DNA of 64,000 nucleotides, taken from Octopus vulgaris. Taxonomy: Eukaryota. Positions 27,070 through 40,278 of the stretch are shown here, piece by piece (within the stretch, counting starts at the first letter, position 1; each line of letters begins with the position of its first letter). Below the pieces are notes generated by a model. That model saw only the letters and a program-made list of their open reading frames with translations. It was not told where the DNA came from and searched no databases. Position numbers and translations under genes: made by a program. The stretch spans positions 20,584,001 to 20,648,000 of the forward strand of contig OX597833.1 of NCBI GenBank assembly GCA_951406725.2, given 5' to 3'.

Positions 27070-27720
27070 CATTCAAGAACCAAATTTTGAACCGCACCTC
27101 TGAACTAGTCTCTTCATGTAAGCATAAAAAAAGAAAATTTAAAACACTAGAACATTTCAAACCAATAGTTTTTTCTAACGACTAAATATGTAAATATTTC
27201 ACCAATTCCTCTCCTTCCACCTACACCGTAAACCATCCCCATAATATATATATACTTTGTTACAGTTTTACACTAAAATATTGCAGAAATTATCTAAAAG
27301 TTTCCCTATCTCCAACCAAAATCCCCACAATAAAATCTTCTGATTTAAGCACACAAACCTACATACAAATATATAATCATATATTTGTATGCGAGCAAGT
27401 TGGAAACCCCTTTTCTTTTCTAATCCTCCATGTTTTAATAATGCTTTAAAAATTCTATTTAAATTAAAACTTTTTAATTTTCGAATCAATTTTTAAAATC
27501 GAATTTTGTTTTTATTCCCATTTTCATACATGAGTATATACACACCTCTTATAATGGCCCGCTTTCGCAAATATCCATAGGCTTAAAATAATATATTATA
27601 AAATACCCAAGTTTGAAACAGAATTGAAGAAATATTTATAAACACATATCCCACAAACTCTGCCTCCATAAAACACAAAAGTTACAATTTCTACATATTA
27701 ATCAAATTGCTTATAGAACA
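27070..27720 (+). mobile_element. Penelope-like element remnant (GIY-YIG C-terminus)
   Basis: ILNRTSELVSSCKHKKRKF matches the LNKRxELxxxCRH terminal motif of Penelope endonucleases; likely continues at 29452-29670 after the hAT insertion. Confidence 0.55.
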
Positions 27721-27744
27721 ATAAACACATACAGACCAACAAAG

Positions 27745-29443
27745 TGATGAGTTAAAAAATGTTCTTAATTACGTGATAACAGCAGCGAATTTTATCAAAG
27801 CGAACACACTCAACTCCCGTCTGTTTGCAGAGTTGTGCAAAGGAAGTAATTCTGAAAGTGATTCTGAATTCGAAACGCTTTTATTGCACTTACAAACGAG
27901 ACGGCTTCCGAGAGGAAAAACAATAAAGAGGGTCTTCCTTCTACGAAAAGAAGTCCACGATATTTTACAAAATGCCAAGCCTGATTTGCATGCCGAATTC
28001 TCCGGCATTCGTTTTCTGATCTGCATGGCATTTTTGGTGGACATATTCGAGTCAGTGAATGAATGCCGTCAATCTTTCACTGCAAGGGAAAGATATAATC
28101 ATGCTTCATTCTCATGAAAAACTAACTGCTTTCAAAATGAAGCTCGAACTTTGGCACCAAAAGTTGGATAGAAAGAACTTTGTATATTTTCCTCGACTAA
28201 ACATGTTTATTGATGTAAACGAGTTTTAAGTCGATGACGATATCGTTTCACTCAAGAAACAACACGTATCAATACTTGGCAGAGAAATAAATCTTTATTT
28301 TTCTGATCTTCACGACTTTGACAAACACTACCGCTTTATCGGGAACACCTTTGTAATCTCTGTTATCAGGAACCCCTTTGTACTATCTGCCTACAGATGA
28401 CAATGTAATTCAAGAACAGTTCATTGATTTGGTCAATGATGGAGGTACAACATTTTTATTCCGTGAAATATGCTGTTCTGACTTTTGGATTGAAATGGCA
28501 CAGTCATATCCTGATGTTGCAAAGATGGCTCTTAAAGTCCTGATGCCATTTCCAGCCACCTATAAGTGTGAGATCGCGTTTTCCACTCTCCTTGCCATCA
28601 AAACGAAGTCACGAAATCGACTGGGTGTCACACCAGAAATGAGAGTTTCCCTCTCCAAAACAGAGCCGAACATTGAAAAACTGGTTGCTGTAAAGCAGGC
28701 ACATCCGTCACACTGAGCTTTGCTGTAAATAAAATGACAGATGGTCTGCTTTTGTGAGCAAATAATTTCTTATATAATTTTTTATGTCATATTATGTATC
28801 AGGGATTCAAGAAAAGGGATGGCAAACCTTCAGGAGAGACGGAAAAGTCAGTGTTTTTACTAAAATTGTGGTTTTCTGTGCATACAAGGTGCATACTAGT
28901 AGTCCAATTGGCAGAAACTTCTGTACATTTTGGGATTCTATTACAATTCTTCTGCTGAAAATAGCTAAATCGATTGAAATGCATTTCTTGGATAATCAAT
29001 ATGAAGAATGGCATGCCAATGGGGGAGGAATAGCATCTCAAAACATGGTGAAAGAGGAACCACTGTAATTTTCGGTGTATGACCTACGGTTTCTTTCTGT
29101 TAAATGGATAAAAATGGGTCTTACGCAGTTGTTAATACAGGATGTCCGTGATATTTCCGGACTGCTTTCGTTTCTCATATGTGTTCTAACCAATTGATCA
29201 CTTGATTCCCCATGTTTTCATGTGTATTTATTGTACCCCAATGAGGTATTGCGTGGATTAAGTTGTGGTCTTCGGAGTTGCGGGTTTATTGGCAGTGCGG
29301 GTCATAGTACGAAAAATACGTACACGAAAGTATGTCACTTTTTCCCTGTTAATTATCATGCATTTTATAAAGAACCGCGAATCATCGAAAAAACTGTAAG
29401 GGGACCGGTACATAAAACCTTTCAAAAAGTTTGAAAATCACTG
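27745..29443 (+). mobile_element. hAT (Buster/Charlie, ZBED8/SCAND3-like) transposon, 5'-truncated, transposase disrupted
   Basis: NFIKANTLNSRLFAELC, LLLH..TRRLPRGK, MAFLVDIFE, dimerization domain FW...YPDVAKMALKVLMPFPATYKCEIAFS...KTKSRNRL...QAHPSH*, with frameshifts and stops; right TIR AAAAAGTTTGAAAATCACTG ending at 29443, then TTCTAAGT (close to the Charlie-type nTCTAGAn target). Confidence 0.88.
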
Positions 29444-29970
29444 TTCTAAGTAATAACATAACACCAAGTTTAATCAATAAAAAAATCTCAAAAACACCTT
29501 TCCATAACAATCCACCTTTAAACCTGATTACCACTCTTCTCAAACCCACATGCCCAAGAAAGATTTTAACTCAACAGTGACTGTATAAAGCCAACATTAA
29601 CTTCAAATTATTGCAGTCCGACGATGGGTTAGCTGTCCGAAACTTCGGAGTCAATGTCAATAATATGCTTGTTTATGCATAATACATAAGCACATATAAT
29701 TACATGTGTGTGTGTGTTTTTATGTGTGTGTGTATGTGTGTGTGAGTAGATATCAGCGTACGGCAGTCATTGCTGTTTGGTTAAGAAGTTCACCTAGAAC
29801 TTATTTGAGTGTTACAGGTTATAGAAGAACGCATTATTTTAGATGTGGTTGTAAATATGTTTATGTCGAAAGAACGAAAAAGGCAGCTTCATTTTATTCA
29901 TTTACACACACACAAAATAAAATCATATATATTTGTATGTATGTATGAATGTATGCATGTATATGTATGC

Positions 29971-30035
<65 letters not shown>

Positions 30036-30120
30036 TGTATATGTATATGTATGTATATATATATTGTTTGCTTTCAAACTTGCTGAATTTTCAGAAACCT
30101 TGCTTTTAAGTTTACTTTTT

Positions 30121-30660
30121 TCAATACACACTTCTCCATCGGTGATGTCTCGCATGATGTTGTTCATCGGTCGACACTTGAAGATTGTCTTTGATCGGAC
30201 TATAAATGTTTCGCTCACGATAGAAAGTCAAATAGCCTTTGTCATAGAGCTGTTCACAAGCAAATCGCGGCAAGTATAAGCGCCAAACGAATCTGTAGGG
30301 CCTTGTACTGATCATATCATAAACGTAAACTTGGCATTGTACCATTGTAGCAAAAGCAATAAGTTCGAATTCAGTGGCAGGCGTACGGTTGATTGATAAT
30401 TTCTGGGCGTGTTCATAACGAACCGCCTTATCAATCAGGTCTGTGTGGAAAACATGATCGGGAAAGAGAGACTCGAAAGCTATTATGGCCTTGCGCCATT
30501 TTATGTAATTCCTTTCATGACCTGAAAAGAGATAACTTACCGACCGAAAAAACGAGTTGCCATCTTTAATGACGGGAATCAATTTCCGGTTTTCAGTTTT
30601 GAGATTTGCACTAGCTACAGCTGATGGATCTGAAAGGGAGAGAAGTTTTCGAATGACCAT
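30121..30660 (-). CDS. Intronless OTU-domain (ovarian tumour cysteine protease fold) protein, predicted catalytically inactive
   Basis: 179-aa open ORF: [33 protein letters not shown] (Cys box D-G-N-C-xFR with Ser), [22 protein letters not shown] (WGxxxEl..a......I.VY-like), [13 protein letters not shown] (His box N-H-Y with Ile). In-frame TAA two codons upstream of the ATG. Confidence 0.75.
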   Translation of the reverse strand: MVIRKLLSLSDPSAVASANLKTENRKLIPVIKDGNSFFRSVSYLFSGHERNYIKWRKAIIAFESLFPDHVFHTDLIDKAVRYEHAQKLSINRTPATEFELIAFATMVQCQVYVYDMISTRPYRFVWRLYLPRFACEQLYDKGYLTFYRERNIYSPIKDNLQVSTDEQHHARHHRWRSVY

Positions 30661-30865
30661 CGGTTATACTATGGTTATTTGTAGATATTCTAATTTCATG
30701 TAAAGGTTCAAAAGTAAAAATAACAATGACGATACAAACAAAAGATAGCAGCCTGTCGAGTCGACAGGGTGTCAGATTACAAGCTTAGTGTTCGTATCAC
30801 TTCACAAATTACAGAGTATTACAAGCTTAGTGTTCGTACGACTTCACAGGTCTATAATTAAAATA

Positions 30866-31355
30866 CCGTAAATCCTCGAGTATAATCCGCAGTTTTCCCT
30901 CGTACTATATACGAAGTTAAAAATCAAAAATATTTTCTAAGCAATGTCTGAGTCACTATTTGCTGTCTATGTTTATTCAGACGCATTTTGTGATGTCGGG
31001 CGAGAAAATACCTTAAGCTAAGCCTGAAAGCAATGAAGTCATAAAAGAATCATCCATAACTTGCAGTAAGCAACATTTATTAAAATAAAAGTATTCAGAA
31101 CACAGAATAACATGTAACAAAAACAATTTGCAAACATATTTACATTCACATATAACAGTTAAGAACATCACAATTATTGTATTACGCATGCACGGAAGTG
31201 TTTGTTCGAGTAAGTGCTGCTGGCTTAGTTACGCACGACTTAAGTTAGAGAAGGGGTTCGTATTGTACACGAGGTTTAGGTTTTTCAGAGGTACAGCCTC
31301 CTAAAAATCCCCTGCGTATTATACTCAAGGGCGGACTATACTCGAGGATTTACGG
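30866..31355. mobile_element. Tc2/pogo-like MITE (sister of 4950-5470, inverted)
   Basis: TIR CCGTAAATCCTCGAGTATA / TATACTCGAGGATTTACGG, TA TSD. Confidence 0.88.
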
Positions 31356-31660
31356 TACTAAATTTACTAAACTGAATCAGTCCGCTTAGATATATATATA
31401 GATATATGGATATCTTGACTATGACATTAAATTTTCGCTGGGTCAATTCATTTAGCCATGAGTACATCATTAAACTTACACTGGGTTACTCTACTCAAAA
31501 TAAATGTCATAGCTATGATACTTGTTCATCGTTGAATCCGCTTTATTATGAATATATCGCTACAAAGGTTATGACCGAAGACATTCACTAGATGTGTTCA
31601 CTTAGCTATCCATAAATAAGACAATAAACTTTCGCTTGGTTAGTTCTTTTAATTATACCA

Positions 31661-32020
31661 GGAGGCGCAATAGCCCAGTGGTTAGGGCAGCGGACTCGCG
31701 GTCATAGGATCGCGGTTTCGATTCCCAGACCGGGCGTTGTGAGTGTTTATTGAGCGAAAACACCTAAAGCTCCACGAGGCTCCGGCAGGGGATGGTGGTG
31801 ATCCCTGCTGTACTCTTTCACCACAACTTTCTCTCACTCTTACTTCCTGTTTCTGTTGTACCTGTATTTCAAAGGGCTCGGCCTTGTCACTCTCTGTGTC
31901 ACGCTGGATATCCCCGAGAACTACGTTAACGGTACACGTGTCTGTGGAGTGCTCAGTCACTTACACGTTAATCTCACGAGCAGGCTGTTCCGTTGATTCA
32001 GATCAACCGGAACTCTCGTC
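31661..32020 (+). mobile_element. SINE family C
   Basis: Head GGAGGCGCAATAGCCCAGTGGTTAGGGC...GGTTTCGATTCCC; multiple near-identical copies. Confidence 0.85.
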
Positions 32021-32826
32021 GGAACTCCACATTTGACTGTAAAAAGACAATCACATGACGAAGGACGACACGCCTCAGTTAATCAATAAGGACACTGCAT
32101 AATTAACAATCATTTGCATTGCAATAACGATTTCAAATGTTATTATAGGTAAAGGATCATGACAGAAGAGCACTCAACCATATGTTAATGAGAACTCAAT
32201 ACGAGTGAATAAAAGCTCGTATTCAATAATTGCAAATAGGTCTAATGTGTCGGTACAATTGATCAGTGTTGTCGTGTCGTCGTGAAGAAAGGATTCACCG
32301 TTAAAGTCCTACCCTTCATGGGGTGATTAATAGAAAAAAATACACTGGAGTTGTAAGCCACCATTGTTCTCTTAACGTTCACAAAAAGAAAAAAGAAAAA
32401 ATTCAGTTCGGCGCTGCTGACGAAACACATTAATTTTATTGCGCTTCTGTTACATACAATGTGTATATTGCGGTAATAGTGGCTTAGGTGACAAGATACA
32501 AAATTCTGACCTCGGGATTAACCAAGAAATTTTTACTAATTCACGTTGTCTGCGACCACAAAATGAACATAAATTATCACTGAACTGATTTCATTATCTT
32601 CAATGAACTTGGAGCAAACATTCCTGTAAAAAAGACCACATCACCCTCCGTTCTCAGTTTTAGGGTAGACATTCTCAGACGCTTCAATTACTATTGCTCT
32701 TGTATCTAAAGGCATGGGCATACTGGGATGTTGCCGACGAGCCTCAAGGATCAAAGGACCTAATTCTGATCTGCGAATCCTGTAACTTACCGTCAATAAA
32801 TACTATACGGTCCAGATCATTGATTT

Positions 32827-33330
32827 AAAAGATGAAGTTCCCTTCTCGAATCATACTGACTCATAAGGGCCGGTTTCCTGTTCTCATGGCGTATATATTC
32901 CCCACCTGGACGGGACGCCGCTCCGTCGCAGAATTGCTCATTTTGCCAGCTGAGTGGACTGAGCAAGGTGAAAAAAAGTGTTTTATTCAAGAACACAACG
33001 CGTCGCCCGGTCCAGGAATCGAAACCACAATCTTACTTATTTCTTTATTGCCCACAAGGGGCTAAACATAGAGGGGACAAACAAGAACAGACAAAGGGAT
33101 TAAGTCGATTATATCGACCCCAGTGCGTAACTGGTACTTATTTAATCGACCCCGAAAGGATGAAAAGTAAAGTCGACCTCGGCGGAATTTGAACTCAGAA
33201 CGTAACGGCAGACGAAATACTGCTAAGCATTTCGACTAGCGTGCTAACGTTTCTGCCAGCTCGCCACCTTCAATAACAATCTTACTATCTCAAGTCCAAC
33301 ACCCTTACCACTAAGCCATGCGCATCCACT
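32827..33330 (-). mobile_element. SINE C' with nested SINE A (33038-33275)
   Basis: Outer TSD AGATCATTGATTT (32814-32826 / 33331-33343); inner TSD ACAATCTTACT (33027-33037 / 33276-33286). Confidence 0.85.
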
Positions 33331-33825
33331 AGATCATTGATTTGCCCAGAGACCTATCATGCTGCTAAGACAGCCGTGTTTGTTATTTGTAAAAGCTGCA
33401 TATGATATAGAAAATACCTCAAATTGTGCCATTTAATGTATTTTTGTATATCCAGAACAAGCAAATATATCAATAATGAAACTACTGGAAAAGGAATCTG
33501 AAAGTGGATAATAGATTCGCTTCGACGGGTAGATACCTGCTACAATCTTAATTAGTAATTGTTTGTCGATAGGCTAAGAAATGAGAATATTATATGTTTT
33601 TTTAGTTTCAATTGGGGCACCCCACCTGATAATATAAAATATATCAATACCCTCTGGTTGCTTGTAGTTGTTAAAATTATTGTATAATTGCTCCAGTCTG
33701 GCCAGCCCCAAGGAAAAACTAAGCTAAGAACTTTAGATTCCTTGGAAGAAAGCAGCGAATGTATACAAAAACAAGGACGGAAAACACGGACAATGTTACC
33801 CAAATATAAATACAATAATAATAAC

Positions 33826-33880
<55 letters not shown>

Positions 33881-33881
<1 letters not shown>

Positions 33882-34221
33882 GTAGTGGGGGAGCATCATA
33901 GCCATGTGTTGAGAGGGATTCTTTGGGGTTTGAATAGTTCACCTCTGGAAACATGGGTGGTTCTTTCAACATCCTTAAACAACCCTTATTCAGGGACCGT
34001 TTGAGCGGGATGGGCTACTCAACCTGAAGAAAATTCTAACTGGGTCCCACCTGCAAGGTCATGTGCTGTTTATTTTGATATGAGATCACTATGTCGCGCA
34101 CATATGGTTGTGATGCATGTGCCTGGTGTACCATTATCAGACGGGTAGTCATGATGGGTATATTGGGCTTCGTATATTTTACCCCAGTGTCACTTTGATG
34201 GCATGAACTGCTCTCTCACTC

Positions 34222-34222
<1 letters not shown>
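33881..34222 (+). mobile_element. Family D TAA-flanked element, 5'-truncated
   Basis: Reverse-complement homology to 2953-3295; (AAT)n on both sides. Confidence 0.8.
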
Positions 34223-34261
<39 letters not shown>

Positions 34262-34263
<2 letters not shown>

Positions 34264-34574
34264 TCAGATACCAGGAAACCCAAAAATGGCAGAAATTCAA
34301 AAGATAGTGCTCATGGGAACTGCTCATATCCTACGCAAAATACTTTCTATGTAATCTCAAGGTTTAAAACAAACATAATTTTCGGTTTAAAAAAAAAAAA
34401 AAAAAATTTTTTTTTTTAGACATTCATTAGTACAACACCAAAAACTCCCCCCCCCCCCAAATATATGGCACACTAGGCATAACAACAACATGAACTTCCA
34501 ACCTGCTGGCTCTTGAGGTCTCTGGGTGAGACTTGGAGCCAACTTGTACAAATATAAAGCAAAACTCAAACATA

Positions 34575-34575
<1 letters not shown>
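34262..34575 (+). mobile_element. R4/Dong-like 3' end embedded in (TAA)n
   Basis: QIPGNPKMAEIQKIVLMGTAHILRKILSM* plus 3' UTR; TAA tracts on both sides. Confidence 0.75.
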
Positions 34576-34643
<68 letters not shown>

Positions 34644-34662
34644 TAATAATAATAATAATAAC

Positions 34663-34729
<67 letters not shown>

Positions 34730-36527
34730 TTGGATGAAAGACTCAGCCATAAAACACACAGATACTGCATATGGGATTCTGTGAAAATGTGTCTGCTATT
34801 TTCAGAGAATTATGGGAAACCGAAGTGGCTCACATATAAAAGCAGAAACTACAGAAACGGGAGTTAGTGACTGCTAGGTGCCCAATATTTTGCCAGAACA
34901 GTAGTAAGAGCGGATATGTATTTACGAGGTGGTATCTGCATTATTGAAACAGCAAGATAAAGCGAGATGTGGCGTGTACATTGCACGTTCGTATTTCTCT
35001 TTCCGGTTCCTATTCAAAATTGTTTAAAAGTCACAAAATTGTTTACAACTCACTGACCTGCAGTCGTTAAGAGCGATTCGCGCTCCGATGGTTGTGAAAT
35101 AAAGACCTAAGTGCGAGGAAATTAACGGCTAAAATTGACTAAAATTGGCTAAAATTCATAAATTGAGGCCATTAATTCGAAGTTCGTATGTGGTGAGTTT
35201 ACTGATGATATTTCAAGCAAAATGCTGCATTTTTAAAAACCGGAAAAGACAAAACTTGTATGTTCATATCCTTCTCAGCGATAATTCTATATTTATAGTA
35301 GCACTGAGCATACATACCCTTTCAACATTCATAACGCTCACTGAAAATAGTCCTGTGTGTTGTGTTTCTAACTCTCGCAAGATTTGCATTCATTGATGAG
35401 AAATAGTCCCTTATGTTTGTGACAGCTGCAAATTTGTTGTGCTCTAGGATTTGGTTAAGACTGTAACCAACAAAGACATCCACTAAAAATATGATCTCTA
35501 TTGTGTTCTAACACTTGTTATACGTGTGAATTTTTTATTTCCCAACAAGGGGACAACATAGATAAGGGACAATACAATCTGACTGGGGTCAGATGGACGG
35601 ATGGATATAACATACAGATGACATTAAAAATTTACTAAAGTATTAATAAATCGAATGATAGGACAGACTGGGAGACATTACGGATGGAGCGGAAAGGCGG
35701 GTTCAATCCGGACCCCACGAGCCCCGCTTCGCCACTGATACCTGAGATACGTCCTGCGTCGCATTCATGGGGTTACATTCACTCGCAACATCCGTGCTAC
35801 ATTCTTCCATCGATTTTCAAACATTTTCACAGTCAGGCATTTTTTTCCTGCCCTGTCTTTAAGGTAAAAGGTGAAATAATTCACTAAATTACGGCCGGAG
35901 ATGAAAGTGCCTGACTTTAATCTTTTCTGTCTCGTCAAACAGCGATGTTATTTTCTAAAGAAAGTGGAAAATTCAGTGAAATAAAGATTTGGACCCTTGA
36001 AAACCTATCAATAACCTATCATAACATGAAATATAAAATCTATATTATAAGAGCCGTGTATGTCCATCCGTCTGACCATCTCTCCGTCCGTCGTCTGTCC
36101 ATCTATACACTCGTTTGTCCGTCTCTCCATCTGTTTATCCGTCTGTCTGTCCGTCCGTCTATTCGTCCTCCTCTATATTCACATGAATTCAGAAGAAATC
36201 TTTCAACCGGAAATTACGAGACAACAATGGGCTGAATCAAGTGAAAGAAACCAAAGACGGAAAGATAACTGAAGGGAAAATGTATATTTTTTTATGTTTT
36301 GGTAGGAATAAAAATTTATTTTTTAATGAAATAAAATACATTTCTGCTTTATATATCAAAATAAATGTAAAATTCTACCCTGGGAAATAGCATGGTTTGT
36401 GGGTTTTCGTTTTGTAGTTTCTGAATAAAATCCGGATATAGTCACAAAGACATGTTCGCTCTAGTAAATATGTGTGTGCATAAACACACACACACACAAA
36501 ACACACACATGCACAGCACATAGTACA

Positions 36528-36582
<55 letters not shown>

Positions 36583-36593
36583 GTATGTATATG

Positions 36594-36707
<114 letters not shown>

Positions 36708-37434
36708 GTTCATCGCGAAACAATATGCTTATTGCTCGGCGAATGCTTTCTAAAATTCGCACACAAATCTAAAACCATTCCGGAAGAATGCATGAAAGGA
36801 AAAATTGCTGGGTCTGAAGTCTCCCTGGGGGCAAAAGGATTCAAGTAAACGAGGATTCAAGAAAAGAAGTGATAAAAGACGATTTCACTCACTGTCTTAC
36901 ATTCATTCTCTCTCTCTCTCTCTCTCTTTCCTTCTCCCCCTCTCTCTCAGTCAACACACAACTCACATCCAGATATTGTCACGGATGTCTCTTACTCAAC
37001 AATACACAAACAGTATATACTGATTTCAAATCTTGGCACAAGGCCCGTAATTTCAGGGAAGGGGTAGTCGATTACATGCACACCCCCACCCCAGTGATCA
37101 ACTAGTACTTATTTTATCGACCTCGAAAGAATGAAAGGTAAGGTCGACCTCGTTGCAATTTGATCTCAGAACTTAAAGACGGACGAAATGCCGCTAAACA
37201 TTTTACCCGGCGTGTTAACGATTCGGCCAACTCGCCGCCATATAGGTTGTATACATTGGAACAGTAGTTGCTAAAATTCCTTATGCTATCTTCGGAAAGT
37301 TAGTATTCAGTTTCAAATGCCATGGAAGGTAGAAAGAGAGAATATAATCTTTTTCTTTATAGTACAATTTGTCTATCTTTATATGATGTTTAGGCGTTAA
37401 GTGTGTGTGTGTGTGTGTGTATGTGTGTGTGTGT

Positions 37435-37473
<39 letters not shown>

Positions 37474-37511
37474 CGTGTTTGTGAGTATATATGTATGTAT
37501 GCATGTATGTA

Positions 37512-37690
37512 TACTGAAAAGTTCCTGGCTTTGGATAAAAGAAAATACTGGGGTATCAGTTAATTATGATTAATACACTTTGCAGCAGTCCTTCAGTTTT
37601 TCTAAGCCCTGTAAAAGAACGTAGAAGGTTGGACCTCCAACTAGGCCTTTCATGACACCTTTAAAGCCAGGAATTTTTCAGCACCCCGCC
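37512..37690. mobile_element. Mariner-like MITE
   Basis: Inverted CTGAAAAGTTCCTGGCTTT / AAAGCCAGGAATTTTTCAG. Confidence 0.65.
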
Positions 37691-37719
37691 GTGTGTGTAT
37701 ATATATATATATATATATG

Positions 37720-38020
37720 AAATACAAAATGGGACAAGAATGCAAAACATCCGGACAGCTAGGTGATACAAAAAGGGACAACAAAACATCCAGATAGACG
37801 ATACGAAGAAAACAAGGACGGGTCATTCGAAGTTTTCTTTCCTCAATCAAGCACCAGATTATCCTCGCAATTTCGGCTGATTATTCTTGAGATTGCTCCA
37901 GTCTGGCCAGCCCCAAGGAAAAACTAAGCTAAGAGCATTAGATTTCTTGGAAGAAAGCAGCGACTGTATACGAAAACAAGGACGGAAAAAACGGACAATG
38001 TTACTCAAATATAAATACAA
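37720..38020. repeat. Interspersed repeat (other copies 14365-14500, 33687-33815), possibly Penelope pseudo-LTR-derived
   Basis: Shared AATACAAA.TGGGACAAGAA, CAATTTCGGCTGATTA.TCTTGAG and GCTCCAGTCTGGCCAGCCCCAAGG blocks. Confidence 0.65.
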
Positions 38021-38065
38021 TACTAATGATAATAATAATAATAATAATACTACTACTACTACTAC

Positions 38066-38107
<42 letters not shown>

Positions 38108-38544
38108 TAATAATAATAATAACAAGGCATAACAACAGGTGGCTTTCGACTAAGGACGAATTGAGTTAATCTGGCGCTTGTGGAAATGAAGCCTACGGCA
38201 GAGATACCAGGAATTTCACAAACACAGGGAAGAATATCGATGTTGCACGGACAACGGTCAGACCAAGAAAGAAAGAGCAGTCTTGGCTGAACGGCGGTCA
38301 CGTGGGAAGAGAAGAGGGAGAAGTAGAAGCGGAGGGACAGAAGAATTAAGGAGGGACGAGAAAAAATGACAGGGACACAGTGAAGTGAAAAGTGGAGGGA
38401 AAGTGAGCAAGAAGAGAAGGCAGAAAAATGTGAGAGAGGGGGAACGAAAGAACGAAGAGTGGAATGAACAAATAAGCGTGAAAGGGCTGATAGAAAGAAA
38501 TAGAGTCGTACAATAAATTTCTTCCAAGGATTATTACTATTACT

Positions 38545-38766
38545 AGCTGGCAGAAACGTTAGCACGCCGGGCGAAATGCGTAGCCGTATTCGTCCGCCGC
38601 AACGTTCTGAGTTCAAATTCCGCCGAGGTCAACTTTGCCTTTCATCCTTTCGGGGTCGATTAAATAAGTACCAGTTACGCACTGGAGTCGATATTATCGA
38701 CTTAATCCGTCTGTCTGTCCTTGTTTGTCTTCTCTGTGTTTAGCCCCTTGTGGGTAGTAAAGAAAG
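38545..38766 (+). mobile_element. SINE family A monomer (long tail)
   Basis: Core match; flanking ATTATTACTAT duplication. Confidence 0.8.
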
Positions 38767-38994
38767 AATTATTACTATATGTGTGTGTGTATAAAATGTA
38801 TATATATGTGTGTATGTATATATATTTTGTAAGTATGTAAGTATACACGCACATACACACACACAGACACACATACAAGGTGCTTCAGCTAAATCAGTTA
38901 TTCGAGAAGAAAATGTTTAATAACAATAAGTGGTTCAAACTTTAACGAAATATCCTCTTTTTTTTAAACCCCAACATAGAAGCTTCGAATCTAA

Positions 38995-39290
38995 TGCAGC
39001 TGGCGAAGAGATATGCTACGCTCGTCGCCTTTCCGACCAATCTCAGTGATTTTGAGATTACAATCTTTTTAAATGTTGCCGGCCTAAAGGAAAGGAATAT
39101 TCTCGACGGTCAAAACCTATTCAGAAAAGTAGATTTTGTCTATCAAGTCCAAGACATCATCAACGAGAATCCTGGCAAGTCAATGAGGGCCATTGCCTAT
39201 CATCTCCATGCGTATGAGTCAACGATTTAACATGTGGTGTACGAAGACATCAGATACAAATCCTATGTTATGAGAAGAGGGTAGTTCAAG
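38995..39290 (+). mobile_element. Tc1/mariner (maT/DD37D-like) transposase N-terminal remnant
   Basis: VQDIINENPGKSMRAIA..L...ESTI / VVYEDIRYKSYVMRRG, an HTH-type motif, interrupted by stops. Confidence 0.6.
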
Positions 39291-40278
39291 TCCGATAAAG
39301 CCTGAAAGAACCGTGTTACGTCGCAATAACTTAGCGGCTTGGCAAAATAATTCGATAAAATAAGTACCAGGCTTTAAAAAGTACTGGGGCCGATTCATTC
39401 GACTAAAAAAAATCTTCAAAGCGGTACCCCAGAATGGCCGCAATCTAATAATTTAAACAAGTAAAAAACAAAAGATATAAATATGATCGTGTGTGCGTCT
39501 ATGTTTATGTTTGTTCCCCACTTCCGCTTGACAACCGCTGCTGGTTTGTTTACGTCCCAATAACCTAACAGTTCATTAAAAGATACCGATAATGATAAGT
39601 ATCAGACTTTTAAAAAATGTAGTTTACTGGGGTCGATTTTGTTCGATTAAAACCCTCCACGGTGGTTCCCCAGCATGGCCGCAGTCCAGTGACTGAAACA
39701 GGTACAGGAAGAAGATAAAAGATGATAGGTGTATCTGTGAAAGTTTTAGTTTTAGCTTCGAAGAAGATGGATATATTTTTTATCAAAGACTTAAATATTA
39801 TTCTAATAAAGCTTGAAGGATGCTGTTGATGGTAAAAATCAAGTTTATACAAGCAGGAAAAATTTAATAGGTTCATACTGGAAAATGTGTTATTGGAACC
39901 AGTAGCGGTATTTCGTCTGTCTTTACGTTCTTGAGTAAGGCACCTCATTTTATGTGGTTCCAATTCACTCCGTTGACTACGAGTCGCATCTGCTGCTCGA
40001 TGTCACCACACAGATGATTTATCTCAAAACACAAGACGGTAACGGCTGTGAATTGTAATGGGTGCAACATACTGGATGATGATGAGGAGGATGAGAAGAA
40101 GAAGGATGATAATGAGGAGGAGAAGAAAGATGATGATGAGGAGGAGCAGGATGATGATGATGATGATGATGGTGGTGTTGGTAGTGATGATGATGATATC
40201 CGACCACCCCATCTATATTTCGATACGAAAGCTTTGAAATCACCTTCGCGAGGTAGTGCTTACAATTATGAATGGGAT

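Noticed and set aside
27773-28716. Domesticated ZBED8/SCAND3-like host gene
   Set aside because: Multiple frameshifts and stops, missing N-terminus and a retained TIR indicate a dead transposon.
31661-31740. tRNA genes (also 54927-55000 and other SINE heads)
   Set aside because: A/B boxes are present but there is no closed acceptor stem or terminator, and each continues into a multi-copy SINE body.
32640-32795. 49-codon minus-strand open stretch and GGTAAGT donor upstream of the OTU ORF
   Set aside because: No recognisable homology, in-frame stop upstream, and no supportable exon chain.
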